Shown piece by piece: positions 32,535 to 33,369 of a stretch of DNA of 33,369 nt. The notes beneath the pieces are model-generated. The model saw nothing but the letters and a program-made list of their open reading frames with translations, was not told the DNA's origin and did no database searches. Origin of the DNA: an uncultured Ruminococcus sp. (GTDB lineage: Bacteria > Bacillota > Clostridia > Oscillospirales > CAG-272); assembly GCA_964438725.1 (NCBI GenBank), contig CAYTLG010000002.1, positions 1 through 33,369 of the forward strand. The letters are read 5' to 3'. The position numbers and the translations under genes are program-made. Position 1 is the stretch's first letter, and every line of letters starts with the position of its first letter.

Positions 32535-33369
32535 ATGTCTCAAAGAAAGACCAACAGCAGTATACTCGGTGTGAAATCAGCTGTCGAGGGAGTTTGTTCA
32601 TGTGCAAATTTCGAGAAAGAATGTCTGACCTTACCTACAAAAGAGGGAGCACAGATATCAATGACGGGCGAAGCGACTGCCTGCGGTAACGTGTTCAGGA
32701 TAGATGACAAACGCCTTTCAAATATGCTTAGGCTTATTACACCCCTTAAAAATATGCGTGAGAGTGACGCTGATGTTTTTGCTGCACGCCATCGTTTTTT
32801 GCTCCTCTGTGGGGATAGAACCACCGGAGTTGACAGAACTGTTGCGATAGTCGGTGCATTGAACGAAATGGTGCGTTCGGGAGTGACAAAAATAGTTCTA
32901 TGTACGGATGACCCTGCTGAAAGGCATTCTCTCGTGGAGTCTCTTGAGGTCATGAAAAATGCGTTCGGAGTTACATCGTATATCCCACATTCCTATGATG
33001 ACGGTTCAAAATATACTTTGTCTGCCTCTGTATATTCTTTTCTTGCGTCTCCCAAACCTGAGGTTCTTGTGATAGGTCGTGACTGCATTACAAAGCGGAC
33101 TAATCTCGTGCGTCAAAAGCATAACGGTGAGGATTCACTGACTGAGCTTATCGCAAAGCTGCACCCTGTTGTTGTGACTGCAAGCAAAAAGATATCAACC
33201 GGTCGTTCACTTGCTGAGATATGCAAAATATTCGAGCCTGCGTGTACGTTTGTGTTCTGTGATGAGGTGAAAAGACTGCGTGATGCGGTTATATTTGTTC
33301 CGGAAATGCGTACCGAAGAGGAGAAAAAGGTCGAAATTGAGGACTCGCCGGAACAACTCAGTATATGCT
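32535..33369 (+). CDS. hypothetical protein, 5' portion (278 codons open to the right edge); absent from the ORF track
   Basis: ATG at 32535 lies 6 nt after AAGGGAGGTG. Hand translation MSQRKTNSSILGVKSAVEGVCSCANFEKECLTLPTKEGAQ...RHRFLLLCGDRTTGVDRTVAIVGALNEMV...PEVLVIGRDCITKRTN...EEEKKVEIEDSPEQLSIC has no stop. Own promoter, and a terminator upstream. Confidence 0.7.
   Translation, partial: MSQRKTNSSILGVKSAVEGVCSCANFEKECLTLPTKEGAQISMTGEATACGNVFRIDDKRLSNMLRLITPLKNMRESDADVFAARHRFLLLCGDRTTGVDRTVAIVGALNEMVRSGVTKIVLCTDDPAERHSLVESLEVMKNAFGVTSYIPHSYDDGSKYTLSASVYSFLASPKPEVLVIGRDCITKRTNLVRQKHNGEDSLTELIAKLHPVVVTASKKISTGRSLAEICKIFEPACTFVFCDEVKRLRDAVIFVPEMRTEEEKKVEIEDSPEQLSIC

Noticed and set aside
32540-32953. 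137-aa minus-strand ORF, the only track entry in the last 1 kb
   Set aside because: It is Ser/Arg-rich with no RBS or promoter. The plus strand carries a longer open frame with a strong RBS, a promoter and an upstream terminator (see the feature at 32535-33369).

Overview
The window looks like a gene-dense core chromosomal segment of a low-GC Gram-positive anaerobe. The taxon is only a guess from gene content and codon style: Clostridia, possibly Ruminococcus or Oscillospiraceae-like. I see no rRNA, tRNA, CRISPR array, transposase, integrase or transcription-factor gene.

Layout:
- 1-4758 (minus): a seven-gene operon, lepB, unknown 281-aa ORF, rbgA, rnhB, yraN, M19 dipeptidase, thrC. thrC is cut by the left edge.
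- 5123-9210: rpsT (plus), then MATE exporter, mreB and an unknown lipoprotein, all on minus.
- 9379-13947 (plus): a four-gene ABC-2 / GldG-like / DUF4340 module.
- 14125-17322 (plus): a separately transcribed 1065-aa CotH-domain lipoprotein.
- 17392-21531: SGNH hydrolase, M42 peptidase, an orphan ABC-fold ATPase and a Gfo/Idh/MocA oxidoreductase.
- 21730-24822 (plus): a LamG lectin-like protein and a GDPD phosphodiesterase, both secreted and sharing an acidic E/T/A/V repeat stalk plus a C-terminal membrane anchor.
- 24890-30430 (minus): Fe-S aldo/keto reductase, then a fucU, SpoVK-like AAA+, cdd, pdp, PHP operon.
- 30605-32353 (plus): a type-I ABC exporter.
- 32535 to the right edge (plus): a 5' partial ORF that is missing from the ORF track.

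No complete multi-gene system here can be shown to be novel from sequence alone. The best leads are:
- the extracytoplasmic CotH lipoprotein next to the GldG/DUF4340 transporter;
- the unknown ORF wedged into the lepB-rbgA operon, beside an RbgA with a non-canonical G4 motif;
- the paired stalk-anchored LamG/GDPD surface proteins;
- the orphan ATPase;
- the AAA+-containing nucleoside-salvage operon;
- the unlisted terminal ORF.

Several long antisense ORFs in the track are codon-aligned shadow ORFs.
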